From NCBI GenBank assembly GCA_038317055.1, contig JBBQBA010000003.1, forward strand, positions 11,850 through 75,849: a stretch of 64,000 nucleotides of DNA, in the 5' to 3' direction. The number at the start of each line of letters is the position of its first letter. Within the stretch, counting starts at the first letter, position 1. The notes under the pieces were generated by a model, which was given only the letters and a program-made list of their open reading frames with translations, searched no databases and had not been told where the DNA came from. Below, one piece after another: positions 39,902 to 49,232 of the stretch. The translations under genes were made by a program, and so were the position numbers. Source of the stretch: Candidatus Saccharimonadales bacterium. Lineage in GTDB: Bacteria > Patescibacteriota > Saccharimonadia > Saccharimonadales > DATKHC01.

Positions 39902-41434
39902 ATGCAATGGCTAAATCAAATAGTCGAAGATATAGTGAAACGCTTTCCAGAGGGTGATTTATTAATTGAGTCCGGTGCTTCACCTTCCGGTGCATATCAT
40001 GTGGGTCACCTTCGCGAGGTTATCACCTGTGATGCTATTATTTTAGCTCTTCAGAAAAAAGGCAGAGTTGCTAAACATATTCAGTTCGTCGATGATCAAG
40101 ACGCATTCAGAAAGGTGCCAATTAATGTCCCCGAAGGATATGCTGAATACTTGGGCAAGCAACTTTGTGATGTGCCAGCCCCAGATGGCTCAAACAAGTC
40201 TTATTCTGAATATTACTTAGAGGGCTGGAAAGAAGCTATAAATTACCTAGGTATTGATGTCGAATTTATGTATGGCAATCAAAAGTACAAAGAAGGATAT
40301 TTTGAAAAGGCAATTGAGATTAGTCTTGAAAATGTTGATAAGATCAGAGACATATTTGAGAAGGTTTCTCAAAGAAAATTAGATGAAAATTGGAATCCAC
40401 TTCAAGTAATGGAGAATGGAAGACTTAAGAATCGAAGAATAAAGGCAATTGATAAAGAAGCCAAATTAATTTCATTTTTTGATAATGATGGAAATCTTCA
40501 AAAAGCTCGCTACGATAATGGTGATGTGAAACTAAATTGGCGACTTGATTGGCCATCAAGATGGTGGTTACTTGGGGTAAGTGCAGAACCTTTCGGACGT
40601 GAGCATGCTTCCAAGGGTGGATCATACGATACAGGTGCAGCATTTGCCAAAGAGTTATTTAAAATTGAACCGCCAATTCCAGTCCCCTACGATTCGATTC
40701 ACAGAGCTGGTGACACTAAAAAAATGAGTGCCAGTAAGGGAACTGGTATAAGTGTAACTGACATAATCAAAGTATTACCTCCAGAAGCAATCCGATTTTT
40801 TAATCTAAGATACGCTCCAGCAAAGATTTTATATTTTGATCCTGAAGAGGGTGTAATTAAGTTAGTTGATGAATACGCAGCGTTATTAGCAAAAACTGAT
40901 AAAACAGAAGATGACGTTCTATTACTACAGCTTTGTTCGAGGGGGCTAGATCATCGAACGGTCAGTCAAGTTCCTTTCTCGCACTTAGTATCAAGTTACC
41001 AAGCAGCCCTTAAAGACATAGATAAAACCTTAGCGATTATTCGTCGAACAGAATATAAAAAAGCCGTAGAACAAGAAGAGGAAATAATTAGAAATGAGCT
41101 GAAGTTTATCGATGAATGGCTAAAAATGTGGGCACCTGAAGATATAAAATTTGAGTTAGCCAATAGTATTGATGCTGCTGTGTATGACGATAAAGCCAAA
41201 AAGTTCTTTTCTGAGCTTAGCGATAAAATAGAAGCAGCACCAGAGAATGCTGATGGGGCTTGGTTTCATAATGCAATATATGAATTAAAAAATAATACAG
41301 AAATTCCTTTAAATGAAATATTTGTAAACTTATATCAGCTGTTTATTAATAAGAAATCTGGGCCAAGAGCGGGCTGGTTCTTGAGTATCTTGCCCAGAGA
41401 TTGGCTAATTAAACGATTAAGAATGGAGGGTTAA
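39902..41434 (+). CDS. lysS: lysyl-tRNA synthetase, class I
   Basis: The Rossmann-type signature is SGASPSGAYHVGHLREV (HxGH) and the KMSKS equivalent is KMSASKG. There are no class II motifs. Confidence 0.85.
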   Translation: MQWLNQIVEDIVKRFPEGDLLIESGASPSGAYHVGHLREVITCDAIILALQKKGRVAKHIQFVDDQDAFRKVPINVPEGYAEYLGKQLCDVPAPDGSNKSYSEYYLEGWKEAINYLGIDVEFMYGNQKYKEGYFEKAIEISLENVDKIRDIFEKVSQRKLDENWNPLQVMENGRLKNRRIKAIDKEAKLISFFDNDGNLQKARYDNGDVKLNWRLDWPSRWWLLGVSAEPFGREHASKGGSYDTGAAFAKELFKIEPPIPVPYDSIHRAGDTKKMSASKGTGISVTDIIKVLPPEAIRFFNLRYAPAKILYFDPEEGVIKLVDEYAALLAKTDKTEDDVLLLQLCSRGLDHRTVSQVPFSHLVSSYQAALKDIDKTLAIIRRTEYKKAVEQEEEIIRNELKFIDEWLKMWAPEDIKFELANSIDAAVYDDKAKKFFSELSDKIEAAPENADGAWFHNAIYELKNNTEIPLNEIFVNLYQLFINKKSGPRAGWFLSILPRDWLIKRLRMEG

Positions 41435-41437
41435 TTT

Positions 41438-41920
41438 ATGCAAAAAGCAATATTTGCAGCAGGTTGTTTCTGGGGAGTTCAATTTTATTTTGATCAAGTT
41501 CCAGGAGTGAAAAGTAGTATAGTTGGCTATACTGGTGGCCATGTAGAGAATCCAACATACGAACAAGTTTGCACCCATTTAACCGGACATGCTGAAGCAG
41601 TTTTAATAGAATACGATCCAAAAGAAGTTACTTACGAAACACTACTTAAGCAGTTCTTTAGAATGCATGACCCAACTCAATTAAATAGACAGGGACCCGA
41701 TGTGGGTGATAGTTATCGATCAGCTATATATTTTTTTGAGGATGATCAGAAAGCTTTGATAGATAAAGTTATTAAAGAGGTTCAACCAAACTTCAAACAA
41801 ACAATCGTTACACAGGTTGCCAAAGCCGGACCGTTTTATGATGCCGAAGACTACCATCAAAAATATACAGAAAAAACCGGTAGAGGCATGTGTCATATTG
41901 ACTATAAGCCAATCAATTAA
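41438..41920 (+). CDS. msrA: peptide methionine-S-sulfoxide reductase MsrA
   Basis: AAGCFWG active site and YHQKY near the C-terminus. Confidence 0.92.
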   Translation: MQKAIFAAGCFWGVQFYFDQVPGVKSSIVGYTGGHVENPTYEQVCTHLTGHAEAVLIEYDPKEVTYETLLKQFFRMHDPTQLNRQGPDVGDSYRSAIYFFEDDQKALIDKVIKEVQPNFKQTIVTQVAKAGPFYDAEDYHQKYTEKTGRGMCHIDYKPIN

Positions 41921-41959
41921 CTAGAAATTAACAGATTGAGGTATTTAAATATTGTTCCA

Positions 41960-41968
41960 TGTTATAGT
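41960..41968 (+). promoter_or_regulatory. extended -10-like element TGTTATAGT, 8 nt upstream of ATG 41977
   Basis: TGnTAnnnT pattern with no Shine-Dalgarno before the ATG. The track's TTG start 41968 overlaps this element. Confidence 0.4.
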
Positions 41969-41976
41969 TGATCTTA

Positions 41977-42741
41977 ATGAAAGATAAAAAGATATTTTCA
42001 ACTGTATCGCAATATTACACTGTAGGTATTATCGCCTATCTAATATTGGCAGTAATTGCTATTAAAGTTATGAACGAAGCAACGTTTCAGGTCGTGTCAA
42101 GTTATCTAACAAGCAACCCGTTACTTAGCCAAACTAGCACGGTCTTTGTTCCAGCTAATCACGTTCTTTGGAGTATTCAATTTCGTTGGGTATTAGTTTT
42201 ACTTATGGGACTTTCGATTGTCGTGCCAGCCTATTATGTATATTCAATTAGCAATGGAGTAAAAAAACTAGACCTACATAAATACAGATTTATTGACTGG
42301 CTAATCACCGGAAGTTTAATGACATTAGTGGTACTAGCTTTGGCTGGAGTACAAGACATTATGACTATATTTATAACTGTTAGTATCACAGCTATGTCTT
42401 ATGCTTGTTTATGGATGGCTATTCATAACTACGGTGATATCGAGAAATATACAAAAAAAATATACAGTATTGGAATCATTACTACAGCTTTGCCTTGGTT
42501 ATTAGTTCTCGTATACGCAATTTCTACTATTGTTTACGGAAGCGTACGAAGTCCATGGTTTGTTTATGTTATTTTTGCAATTGGTTTATTCAGTTCAGCT
42601 GTAAATATTTATGGTTACACATGGCACAGGTCTCAAAATAATAAAAAGAAATTAGTTTCAGATGAAACTTACCCCATCTTAATAAACCAGTTTATTAAAG
42701 TATTATTTGTTCTAATTTTAGTTATTGGTTTAAAACGCTAA
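41977..42741 (+). CDS. heliorhodopsin-family 7-TM retinal-binding protein (candidate)
   Basis: There are seven hydrophobic helices. Block similarity to heliorhodopsin 48C12 (recalled from memory) covers three pairs: YRFIDWLITGSLMTLVVLALAGVQDI vs FRWVEYSLSSSVMIVLIAQICGIADI; TALPWLLVLVYAI vs GIVPWIGLLIYVI; and ILINQFIKVLFVL vs IVLSLVAKSALAW. Counting from ATG 41977, Lys is residue 241 (42697-42699) and an acidic residue (Asp) is residue 107 (42295-42297). These positions match K241 and E107 of 48C12. Confidence 0.7.
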   Translation: MKDKKIFSTVSQYYTVGIIAYLILAVIAIKVMNEATFQVVSSYLTSNPLLSQTSTVFVPANHVLWSIQFRWVLVLLMGLSIVVPAYYVYSISNGVKKLDLHKYRFIDWLITGSLMTLVVLALAGVQDIMTIFITVSITAMSYACLWMAIHNYGDIEKYTKKIYSIGIITTALPWLLVLVYAISTIVYGSVRSPWFVYVIFAIGLFSSAVNIYGYTWHRSQNNKKKLVSDETYPILINQFIKVLFVLILVIGLKR

Positions 42742-42759
42742 GTCTATTACCAATTAAAT

Positions 42760-42768
42760 TGCTACAAT
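42760..42768 (+). promoter_or_regulatory. extended -10-like element TGCTACAAT, 7 nt upstream of ATG 42776
   Basis: TGnTAnAAT pattern with no Shine-Dalgarno. Confidence 0.4.
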
Positions 42769-42775
42769 AAGTGTA

Positions 42776-43552
42776 ATGGCATATACGGGGTATTTATATC
42801 AAAGGACTATTCCTTATAAACCGGGGCAAACGTCGGCATTTAAGGTTTCAAGGTCAAAAATAGATCTATTTATAAATTGTCCTGCGTGTTTTTGGTTAGA
42901 TCGAAGACTAAAGATTGTAAGGCCTGATTCACCACCATTTCAGATCAATAAAGCAGTCGATGAACTCTATAAAAAAGAATTTGATACCTATAGAAAGCAA
43001 GCCATACCGCATCCATTAATGGTGGAATATAAGATTGATGCAATACCATTTACGCATGAGGATTTAGATAAATGGCGCGCAAATTTTACTGGGGTACAGT
43101 TCTTACATGAACCAACTAACTTGTTGATATTTGGTGCGGTTGATGACGTTTGGGTAAATCCAAAAGGTGAGCTCATTGTTGTTGACTACAAAGCTACTGC
43201 CAAAAAGTCAGAAGTATCACTCGATGCTCCTTGGCAAATTGCATATAAGCGGCAAATGGAAGTATATCAATGGCTACTTAGGCATAATGGTTTCGAAGTT
43301 AATCCTACTGGTTATTTTGTTTACACAAATGGTAGATTAGATTTGGATGGATTTTTCGATAAAGTTGAATTTAGAACAAAAGTAATCAGCTATAAAGGAA
43401 ATGACAGCTGGATTGAACCAACCTTAATGAAACTTAAGGATGCGCTCGAATCGAATACTATGCCGAAACGCAGTGAGGATTGTAAATATTGCACATACGC
43501 CGAAGCTAGGGTTAAACTATATGAGTCAAACAGGCAAAAACAGCTTAAATAA
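42776..43552 (+). CDS. PD-(D/E)XK nuclease, Cas4/AddB-like, with a probable Fe-S Cys cluster
   Basis: An N-terminal CPACFW and a C-terminal CKYCTY provide four Cys. The nuclease core is GAVDDVW...LIVVDYKAT (D...D-x-K), with a QMEVYQWLL (QxxxY) motif. Confidence 0.65.
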   Translation: MAYTGYLYQRTIPYKPGQTSAFKVSRSKIDLFINCPACFWLDRRLKIVRPDSPPFQINKAVDELYKKEFDTYRKQAIPHPLMVEYKIDAIPFTHEDLDKWRANFTGVQFLHEPTNLLIFGAVDDVWVNPKGELIVVDYKATAKKSEVSLDAPWQIAYKRQMEVYQWLLRHNGFEVNPTGYFVYTNGRLDLDGFFDKVEFRTKVISYKGNDSWIEPTLMKLKDALESNTMPKRSEDCKYCTYAEARVKLYESNRQKQLK

Positions 43553-43563
43553 GAGAGAAAATC

Positions 43564-44859
43564 ATGTTAGATATTCAATTTATTAGAGATAATCCAGATT
43601 TAGTACAAGAAAAGTCCAAGCAAAAAAATGTAATTGTTAATATTGTTGATCTACTTAAGTTGGATGAAAAAAGACGTATTTTGCAAACCAATATTGAAGA
43701 ATTAAGAGAACAACGAAATAAACTTACAGCAGGATTTACTGGTAAGCCTTCGACCGAGGATATTGAAAAAGGCTCAAAATTAAAGGCAGAAATTGCAGAA
43801 ATAGAAGCACAACTACTGCCAATTGAAACTGATTATTTTAAGCTATTAAAACAGGTACCAAATATTCCATTGGATGATGTTCCTGTAGGCGAAACTGAAG
43901 AACAAAACAAAGTCACTAAAACTTGGGGTGATAAAAAAGAATTTGATTTCAAACCTAAAACACACTGGGAAATTGGTGAATCTAGAGGATTAATAGATAA
44001 GGAACGAGCGGCTAAAATTAGTGGTGCAAGGTTTACATACATAAAAGGTGGACTGGTTGAGCTTGAATTTGCGCTAATACAATTCGTAATGAGTACACTG
44101 GGTGATAGCAATATCATTGAGCAAATAATTAAAGAAAATCAATTAAATCTTGTTAGCAAAGCTTTCATTCCGGTGCTACCGCCTATGATGATGAGGACTA
44201 CACCGTATACAGCTACAGGGCGTCTTAAGGCAGAGGAAATAACTTACAAGTTAGCCGATGATGATTTATGGCTTATAGCTAGCGCTGAGCACAGCATGGT
44301 ATCAATGTATATGAACGAGATACTAGAAAGACAAGATTTGCCGATTCGCTACATTGCTTATAGTACAAGTTTTCGTAGAGAAGCTGGTACCTATGGCAAA
44401 GACACAAATGGTATAACAAGAATGCACCACTTTAATAAACTTGAAATGGAAGTATTTAGTGATGGTTCAAGCGCACTCGATGAGCATCTTCTATTAATCG
44501 GTGCCCAGGAATATATTACTCAGAAATTGGCTATTCCTTATAGAGTGATATTAAAATGTACAGCAGATATTGGTTCTCCAAATGCCCGAGGTGTAGATAT
44601 AGATATGTGGTTACCCGGTCAAGAAGTTTATAAAGAGTCACATACTGCTGACTATATGACAGATTATCAATCCCGTGATTTAAAGATCAGAACTCGTGCT
44701 CAAGATGGTACAATTGAACTCGTTCATACAAACGATGCAACCGCACTTGCCTTAGAGCGAACACTAGCTGCAATCATCGAAAATTATCAAACAAAAGATG
44801 GACAAATCATAGTACCCGAATGTCTTCGACCATTCATGGGAGGAAAGGAACAAATATAA
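43564..44859 (+). CDS. serS: seryl-tRNA synthetase
   Basis: MLDIQFIRDNPD coiled-coil arm and the class II motifs FRREAGTYGKDTNGITRMHHFNKLE and TNDATALALERTLAAIIENYQ. Confidence 0.95.
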   Translation: MLDIQFIRDNPDLVQEKSKQKNVIVNIVDLLKLDEKRRILQTNIEELREQRNKLTAGFTGKPSTEDIEKGSKLKAEIAEIEAQLLPIETDYFKLLKQVPNIPLDDVPVGETEEQNKVTKTWGDKKEFDFKPKTHWEIGESRGLIDKERAAKISGARFTYIKGGLVELEFALIQFVMSTLGDSNIIEQIIKENQLNLVSKAFIPVLPPMMMRTTPYTATGRLKAEEITYKLADDDLWLIASAEHSMVSMYMNEILERQDLPIRYIAYSTSFRREAGTYGKDTNGITRMHHFNKLEMEVFSDGSSALDEHLLLIGAQEYITQKLAIPYRVILKCTADIGSPNARGVDIDMWLPGQEVYKESHTADYMTDYQSRDLKIRTRAQDGTIELVHTNDATALALERTLAAIIENYQTKDGQIIVPECLRPFMGGKEQI

Positions 44860-45219
44860 ATGTTAAAAATTACTATCGAAGGTATTCATACTACTGTTGG
44901 AGACGACTTAGAAAAATACGTAACGAAAAAAATAACCAAATTAGACAAATACATACCTCGTGGCGCAAGAACTAGTGCTCATGCTCAAGTATTATTAAAA
45001 GAATCAAAGATAAAAAACAAAAAACAGTGCACATGCGAGGTGGTAATGCATTTACCTCACGACGAATTTACAACTAAAGAAACAACTATGAATATATTTG
45101 CAGCAGTTGACATAGTTGAGGCTAAATTAAAGAATCATTTAAGAAAATATAAAGAAACCCATAGTACAAAACCTAGAATATTCACGTTCCAAAGACACGC
45201 AAAACATAAAAATACATAA
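44860..45219 (+). CDS. hpf: ribosome hibernation promoting factor / RaiA family (short form)
   Basis: The 119-aa protein has the MLKITIEGIHTTVGDDLEKYVTKKITKLDKY pattern. Its start abuts the serS stop. Confidence 0.8.
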   Translation: MLKITIEGIHTTVGDDLEKYVTKKITKLDKYIPRGARTSAHAQVLLKESKIKNKKQCTCEVVMHLPHDEFTTKETTMNIFAAVDIVEAKLKNHLRKYKETHSTKPRIFTFQRHAKHKNT

Positions 45220-45309
45220 AAATCAGCTAAAATTATAGCGCTCAATCAGGTATAATTGCCTAGTATAGTTGTCTTACGACCAACCATGGAGTAAATCACA
45301 GGAGAATTA

Positions 45310-47919
45310 ATGAAGAGTAAAGTACTCAAAAAAGTATTAGGAGATCCACAAGCAAGGACCGTAAAAAGGCTTAAAAAAAGAGTCAAAGAGGTCAATGCTC
45401 TATCTGATGAGTACAAAAAACTTAGTGATAAAGCCCTAAAAGATAAAACGAATCAATTTAAAAAACGACTCGGTAATGAATCACTAGATAAACTATTACC
45501 AGAGGCATTTGCAGCTGTTCGCGAAGCTGCAACTAGATCTCTTGGACAGAGACATTTCGACGTACAGTTAATTGGTGGCATGGTGTTACACGAGGGAAGA
45601 GTAGCTGAAATGAAGACCGGAGAAGGTAAAACTTTAGTTGCAACTCTACCCGTATACTTAAATGCACTTACAAGTAAGGGCGTACATGTAGTAACAGTTA
45701 ACGATTATTTGGCTCAACGTGATGCTGGCTGGATGGGTCAAGTTTATGATTTCTTAGGACTTAAAACTGGAGTAATAATTGGTGATGCTTCATTCGTTTT
45801 TGATGCAGATTTCAAAAATAAAGACCACGAAGATCCTCGAATGCAACATTTAAAACCAGCTACTCGACAAGAAGCATATGAAGCTGATGTAACTTATGGC
45901 ACAAATAATGAATATGGCTTTGATTATTTACGCGATAATATGGTTAGAGAAGTTGATCAACTAAGACAACGTGACCTTCATTTCGCAATCGTCGACGAAG
46001 TCGATTCTATTCTAATTGATGAAGCCCGAACACCGCTTATTATTTCTGCGCCTTCGATGGCTACAGGAAGTGCATATCATCAGTTTGCTAAAGTAGCTCG
46101 GCAATTAACAAAAGACAAAGATTTTGAAGTTGATGAAAAGCGAAAGACTGTAATCTTAACCAACGAAGGTGTTGAACATGTTGAGAAAATTCTAGGAATT
46201 GAAAATCTATACGGTACTGAGAATATTCGAACAATTTATCACTTAGACCAAGCAGTTAGAGCTCAAGGATTATTCAAGAGAGACAAAGATTATGTCATTA
46301 CAAAAGAAGGTGAAATTGTTATCGTTGATGAATTCACCGGTCGTTTATTAAAAGGTAGACGCTACAACGAAGGACTTCACCAAGCTATTGAAGCTAAGGA
46401 GGGAGTTGAAGTTCAGGAAGAATCAATGACTCTAGCAACTATATCTTTTCAGAACTATTTCCGACTTTACGACAAATTGTCTGGAATGACTGGTACTGCA
46501 AACACAGAAGCAGAAGAGTTTCATCAAATCTATAAACTCAGTGTTGTTGAAGTTCCAGCAAATAGGCCTAATAATCGTACTGATAGATCTGATCGAATAT
46601 ATAAGACCGAAATGGGCAAATTTAAAGCTATAGTCCGAGAAGTTACGGCACTACACCATAAAGGTCAACCTGTTCTTGTTGGTACTGTATCAATAGAAAA
46701 AAACGAAGTTCTAAGCCAGCTATTGAAAGATGCTAAAGTTCCGCACCAGTTACTTAACGCCAAGAATAATGAAAAAGAAGCATCAATTGTTTCCGATGCA
46801 GGTCAAAAAGGTGCTGTAACTCTAGCTACAAATATTGCAGGTCGTGGTACGGATATCGTTCTTGACGAAGGAGTTAAAGAACTGGGTGGATTGTTCGTTC
46901 TAGGAAGTGAAAGACATGAATCTCGAAGAATAGATAATCAGTTACGAGGACGATCTGGTCGACAAGGTGACCCCGGAAATACTCAGTTTTTCGTTAGTAC
47001 AGAAGATGATCTAATGCGTATTTTTGGTGGTGAGAGGATTTCTGGTCTAATGAATCGTTTGGGTGTTGACGACGAGACGCCAATAGAAAATAGAGTTATT
47101 TCGAAATCACTTGAAGGTGCACAGAAAAAAGTTGAAGGTTACAACTTTGATACTCGAAAAAATGTCGTTCAATATGATGATGTTATGAATCGTCACCGAA
47201 AGGCTATTTATGCAATGAGGCGAGAAATACTTCTACAAGAAGATATTAGTAAACGAATTAAAGCTTATATAGACGAAGAATCATCAATTATCGCTGATTC
47301 ACCAGAGTTATTGACCTCTAATTACGAAAGCGTTGTTACTGATGTTTTCCCGTTTGATCTTGATTCGTTAGATCGTGTCTTTGCTGCTAAACCAGATGAA
47401 TTCCAAAAAGTTCTGCACGAATCTGCTACAGAACTTTATGAAGCTCGTGAAACTGCTTTCACCGCTGAAATAATGAGGAAAGTAGAACGAGAAATATACT
47501 TACAAATCCTAGATAATCTTTGGATGGAGCACCTAGAAAATATGGACCACCTTAGAGAAGGTATTCATTGGATGAGTGTAGGTCAAAGAGATCCTCTTGT
47601 TGAATATAGACGACAAAGTCAGATACTATTTGATATTTTCCAGAATACTTTACGGCACGATATAATCCAGGCTCTTTATCTAGCACAACCAGTTCAAGAT
47701 GAAGGAATTCTTGCTGAACCTTTCGAATCTAATTTAACTAGAGCTGCACGACAATCAGTAGATAATGCTAGTAGAATTATCGAAGCTGATGAATTCCAAG
47801 AAACTGACTTTAATCCAAAAGCGGTAGAACAGAAGACCAAGAAAGTTGCTAAAACTAATCTGCAAAAACAGCACAAGGCTGAAAGACAAAGAAGAGCTAA
47901 AGGCAAGAAAAGAAAGTAA
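45310..47919 (+). CDS. secA: preprotein translocase ATPase SecA (basic C-terminal tail, no Zn-finger Cys seen)
   Basis: MKTGEGKTLVATLP Walker A, the DEVDSILIDEARTPLIIS DEAD-like box and TNIAGRGTDI. Confidence 0.96.
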   Translation: MKSKVLKKVLGDPQARTVKRLKKRVKEVNALSDEYKKLSDKALKDKTNQFKKRLGNESLDKLLPEAFAAVREAATRSLGQRHFDVQLIGGMVLHEGRVAEMKTGEGKTLVATLPVYLNALTSKGVHVVTVNDYLAQRDAGWMGQVYDFLGLKTGVIIGDASFVFDADFKNKDHEDPRMQHLKPATRQEAYEADVTYGTNNEYGFDYLRDNMVREVDQLRQRDLHFAIVDEVDSILIDEARTPLIISAPSMATGSAYHQFAKVARQLTKDKDFEVDEKRKTVILTNEGVEHVEKILGIENLYGTENIRTIYHLDQAVRAQGLFKRDKDYVITKEGEIVIVDEFTGRLLKGRRYNEGLHQAIEAKEGVEVQEESMTLATISFQNYFRLYDKLSGMTGTANTEAEEFHQIYKLSVVEVPANRPNNRTDRSDRIYKTEMGKFKAIVREVTALHHKGQPVLVGTVSIEKNEVLSQLLKDAKVPHQLLNAKNNEKEASIVSDAGQKGAVTLATNIAGRGTDIVLDEGVKELGGLFVLGSERHESRRIDNQLRGRSGRQGDPGNTQFFVSTEDDLMRIFGGERISGLMNRLGVDDETPIENRVISKSLEGAQKKVEGYNFDTRKNVVQYDDVMNRHRKAIYAMRREILLQEDISKRIKAYIDEESSIIADSPELLTSNYESVVTDVFPFDLDSLDRVFAAKPDEFQKVLHESATELYEARETAFTAEIMRKVEREIYLQILDNLWMEHLENMDHLREGIHWMSVGQRDPLVEYRRQSQILFDIFQNTLRHDIIQALYLAQPVQDEGILAEPFESNLTRAARQSVDNASRIIEADEFQETDFNPKAVEQKTKKVAKTNLQKQHKAERQRRAKGKKRK

Positions 47920-47930
47920 ATCGGAGATAT

Positions 47931-49217
47931 ATGCGACACACAGTTCACGAAGTTAGTCTAGATAATGGTGTAAAAGGTCTATTTATTCACATACCAGATG
48001 CCAGCGTAATGTCTTTTGAAATAAACTTTAGAGCAGGTGAATATCTTGGCGATCGAATTAAATCAGAAACTCCACATATCATGGAGCACTTATTACTTGG
48101 TGCTAATGAAATAATTCCTAAATCTAGAGATTTCCAAGCTGAGTTTGAGAAAAATGGTGCTTATTGCAATGCTTCAACTGGAACATATGAAATTACATAT
48201 GAAGCAGAGTGTGCAGATTTTGAATGGGATCGTATTTCGGATTTGCTACAAATAGCAATTTCTAAACCTCTTTTTCTTGAAGAAGAATTTGAAGCCGAAG
48301 TAGGTAATATTCGGGAAGAACTAGTCGGAAGATCAAATAATCATTTTAGACATCTTAGCTTGGCTCTTAGAGAAGCTTACGGGCTAATTTCCCTAACAGA
48401 TCAAGAACGTTTAGATTTAATGGGGAATGTAGAATTAGTTGATGTTTGGGAACATTATAGAAAAACTCATACTACCAGTAATCTAAGATTTGTTATTGCC
48501 GGAAAACTAACCGCAGCACGTCGCAAATCAATCATAGATTCATTCAACAAGATATTAATGCCTAAGGGTCAGGGCAGATTCGATATTCCATCTGAAGTGC
48601 CGCGAAAACTAGAAGAACCACTTTATATAAATAACGATACAGTTAAGAATTTATATTTTTATGTCGATACTTTTATTTTAAGACAAATGGAAAACTCTGA
48701 AATGGATGCGCTAAATCTGTTAAATATAATGATGACTGAAACTTTGTATTCGAAAATACTAGGTGCTGCTCGAGAAAAAGGATTGGTTTATCATATGTCA
48801 TCTGGTTATGGACAAGGACAAGATAGTGGTAATTGGTGGTTAGCCTCACAAGTATCTCCTAAAAATGCACTCGCCCTATTTGATATTTTTGTCGACGAGA
48901 TTCAAAAAGTATTTAAATCTAAACTAAAAGACGAAGACATTAAAGCAGCAAAACAATATGCACTGGGTCGTTTTCAGCGCAGTGGTCAAACTGTTGGTGG
49001 AACAATGTCTGGATATACTGGTAGATACTTTTTTGATGGCGTTATTGATGATTATTATAAAATACCTGAGCGAATTGAATCAGTTACAAAAGAATCTATT
49101 GTTAATATCACCAAGGAACTATTCTCAAAGAATATTTGGGGAATAGGTGGACTCGGTAGTAGTGGCGAAGATTTCTTGCACGCACTGCAAGAGAAAATTT
49201 CACCACTTTGGAAATAG
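47931..49217 (+). CDS. M16-family (pitrilysin/insulinase-like) zinc peptidase
   Basis: Inverted zinc motif HIMEH (HxxEH) near the N-terminus in a 428-aa two-lobed architecture. Confidence 0.75.
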   Translation: MRHTVHEVSLDNGVKGLFIHIPDASVMSFEINFRAGEYLGDRIKSETPHIMEHLLLGANEIIPKSRDFQAEFEKNGAYCNASTGTYEITYEAECADFEWDRISDLLQIAISKPLFLEEEFEAEVGNIREELVGRSNNHFRHLSLALREAYGLISLTDQERLDLMGNVELVDVWEHYRKTHTTSNLRFVIAGKLTAARRKSIIDSFNKILMPKGQGRFDIPSEVPRKLEEPLYINNDTVKNLYFYVDTFILRQMENSEMDALNLLNIMMTETLYSKILGAAREKGLVYHMSSGYGQGQDSGNWWLASQVSPKNALALFDIFVDEIQKVFKSKLKDEDIKAAKQYALGRFQRSGQTVGGTMSGYTGRYFFDGVIDDYYKIPERIESVTKESIVNITKELFSKNIWGIGGLGSSGEDFLHALQEKISPLWK

Positions 49218-49232
49218 TTCTATAATCAACTC

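Noticed and set aside
42776-43552. Cas4-like nuclease as a marker of a CRISPR-Cas locus.
   Set aside because: There is no repeat-spacer array and no cas1, cas2 or effector gene anywhere in the window. The protein fits a stand-alone PD-(D/E)XK/Fe-S nuclease.
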